Shown piece by piece: positions 63,707 through 64,000 of a stretch of 64,000 bases of DNA. Position 1 is the stretch's first letter. Each line of letters starts with the position of its first letter. The stretch covers positions 22,630,001 through 22,694,000 of the forward strand of contig CM069138.1 in assembly GCA_035221665.1 (NCBI GenBank), written 5' to 3'. The DNA is from Okamejei kenojei (Eukaryota). A program made the position numbers and the translations under genes. Under the pieces are notes generated by a model that worked only from the letters and a program-made list of their open reading frames with translations, did not search any database and was not told the origin of the DNA.

Positions 63707-64000
63707 GAAACTGCAGATGCTGGTGTACACCAAAGACAGACACAAAATGCTGGAGTAACTCAGGGGGTCACGCAGCAACTCTAGAGAAAAGAAATAGGTG
63801 ATGTTTCAGGTCGAGACCCTTCTTCAAACTGAGAAGAAGGGTCTTGACCCATGCAACCACCTTGTCTATGCTTGGTCTCACCAATGTGATAATCATCCCC
63901 TGGCGTGGGGCAGCTGAGATTTCCCCCCCAATGCAGGAGCTTGATCGCCTCGACGAGGAAGGCCCGCCGCCGGCAACGGGAGTAAGATCTTCCCATCAAC
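63707..64000 (-). mobile_element. Penelope pLTR/GIY-YIG fragments
   Basis: gaaactgcagatgctgg..tgctggagtaactcag, hammerhead-like cores at 63800-63850, and an HIGETKHR remnant. Confidence 0.7.

Overview
Vertebrate genomic DNA, most likely from a cartilaginous fish such as a skate or ray. This is inferred from the repeat set: HE1/V-SINE-like SINEs, CR1, Rex1/Babar, L1, DIRS, Penelope and an ERV. Most of the window is nested, decayed transposable elements. One host gene runs on the minus strand. It is an Ig-superfamily gene with a signal-peptide exon (50458-50410), a 28-kb TE-filled intron, and two tandem intact V-set exons (22394-22044 and 21085-20741). Each V exon already contains its own J-like G strand (FGNGTKLNVT, RGNGTQLNVT) and has no RSS, so the product looks like a non-rearranging, antigen-receptor-like double-VJ protein. 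No C domain was found. A weak transmembrane-like exon candidate lies at 3868-3794, beyond a 16.5-kb ERV/LINE/DIRS nest. Other notable structures are many Penelope-borne minimal hammerhead ribozyme motifs, a 1.6-kb palindromic Penelope insertion, three DIRS elements whose ITR/ICR ends all finish in ATT, a tRNA-Ser-primed ERV, a full-length but inactive L1, and a ~390-bp non-coding element with a DIRS-like circle-junction layout whose empty site is visible elsewhere in the window. The first ~4 kb looks indel-rich, and there are three N gaps. All family assignments come from motif recognition by eye; no database searches were run.
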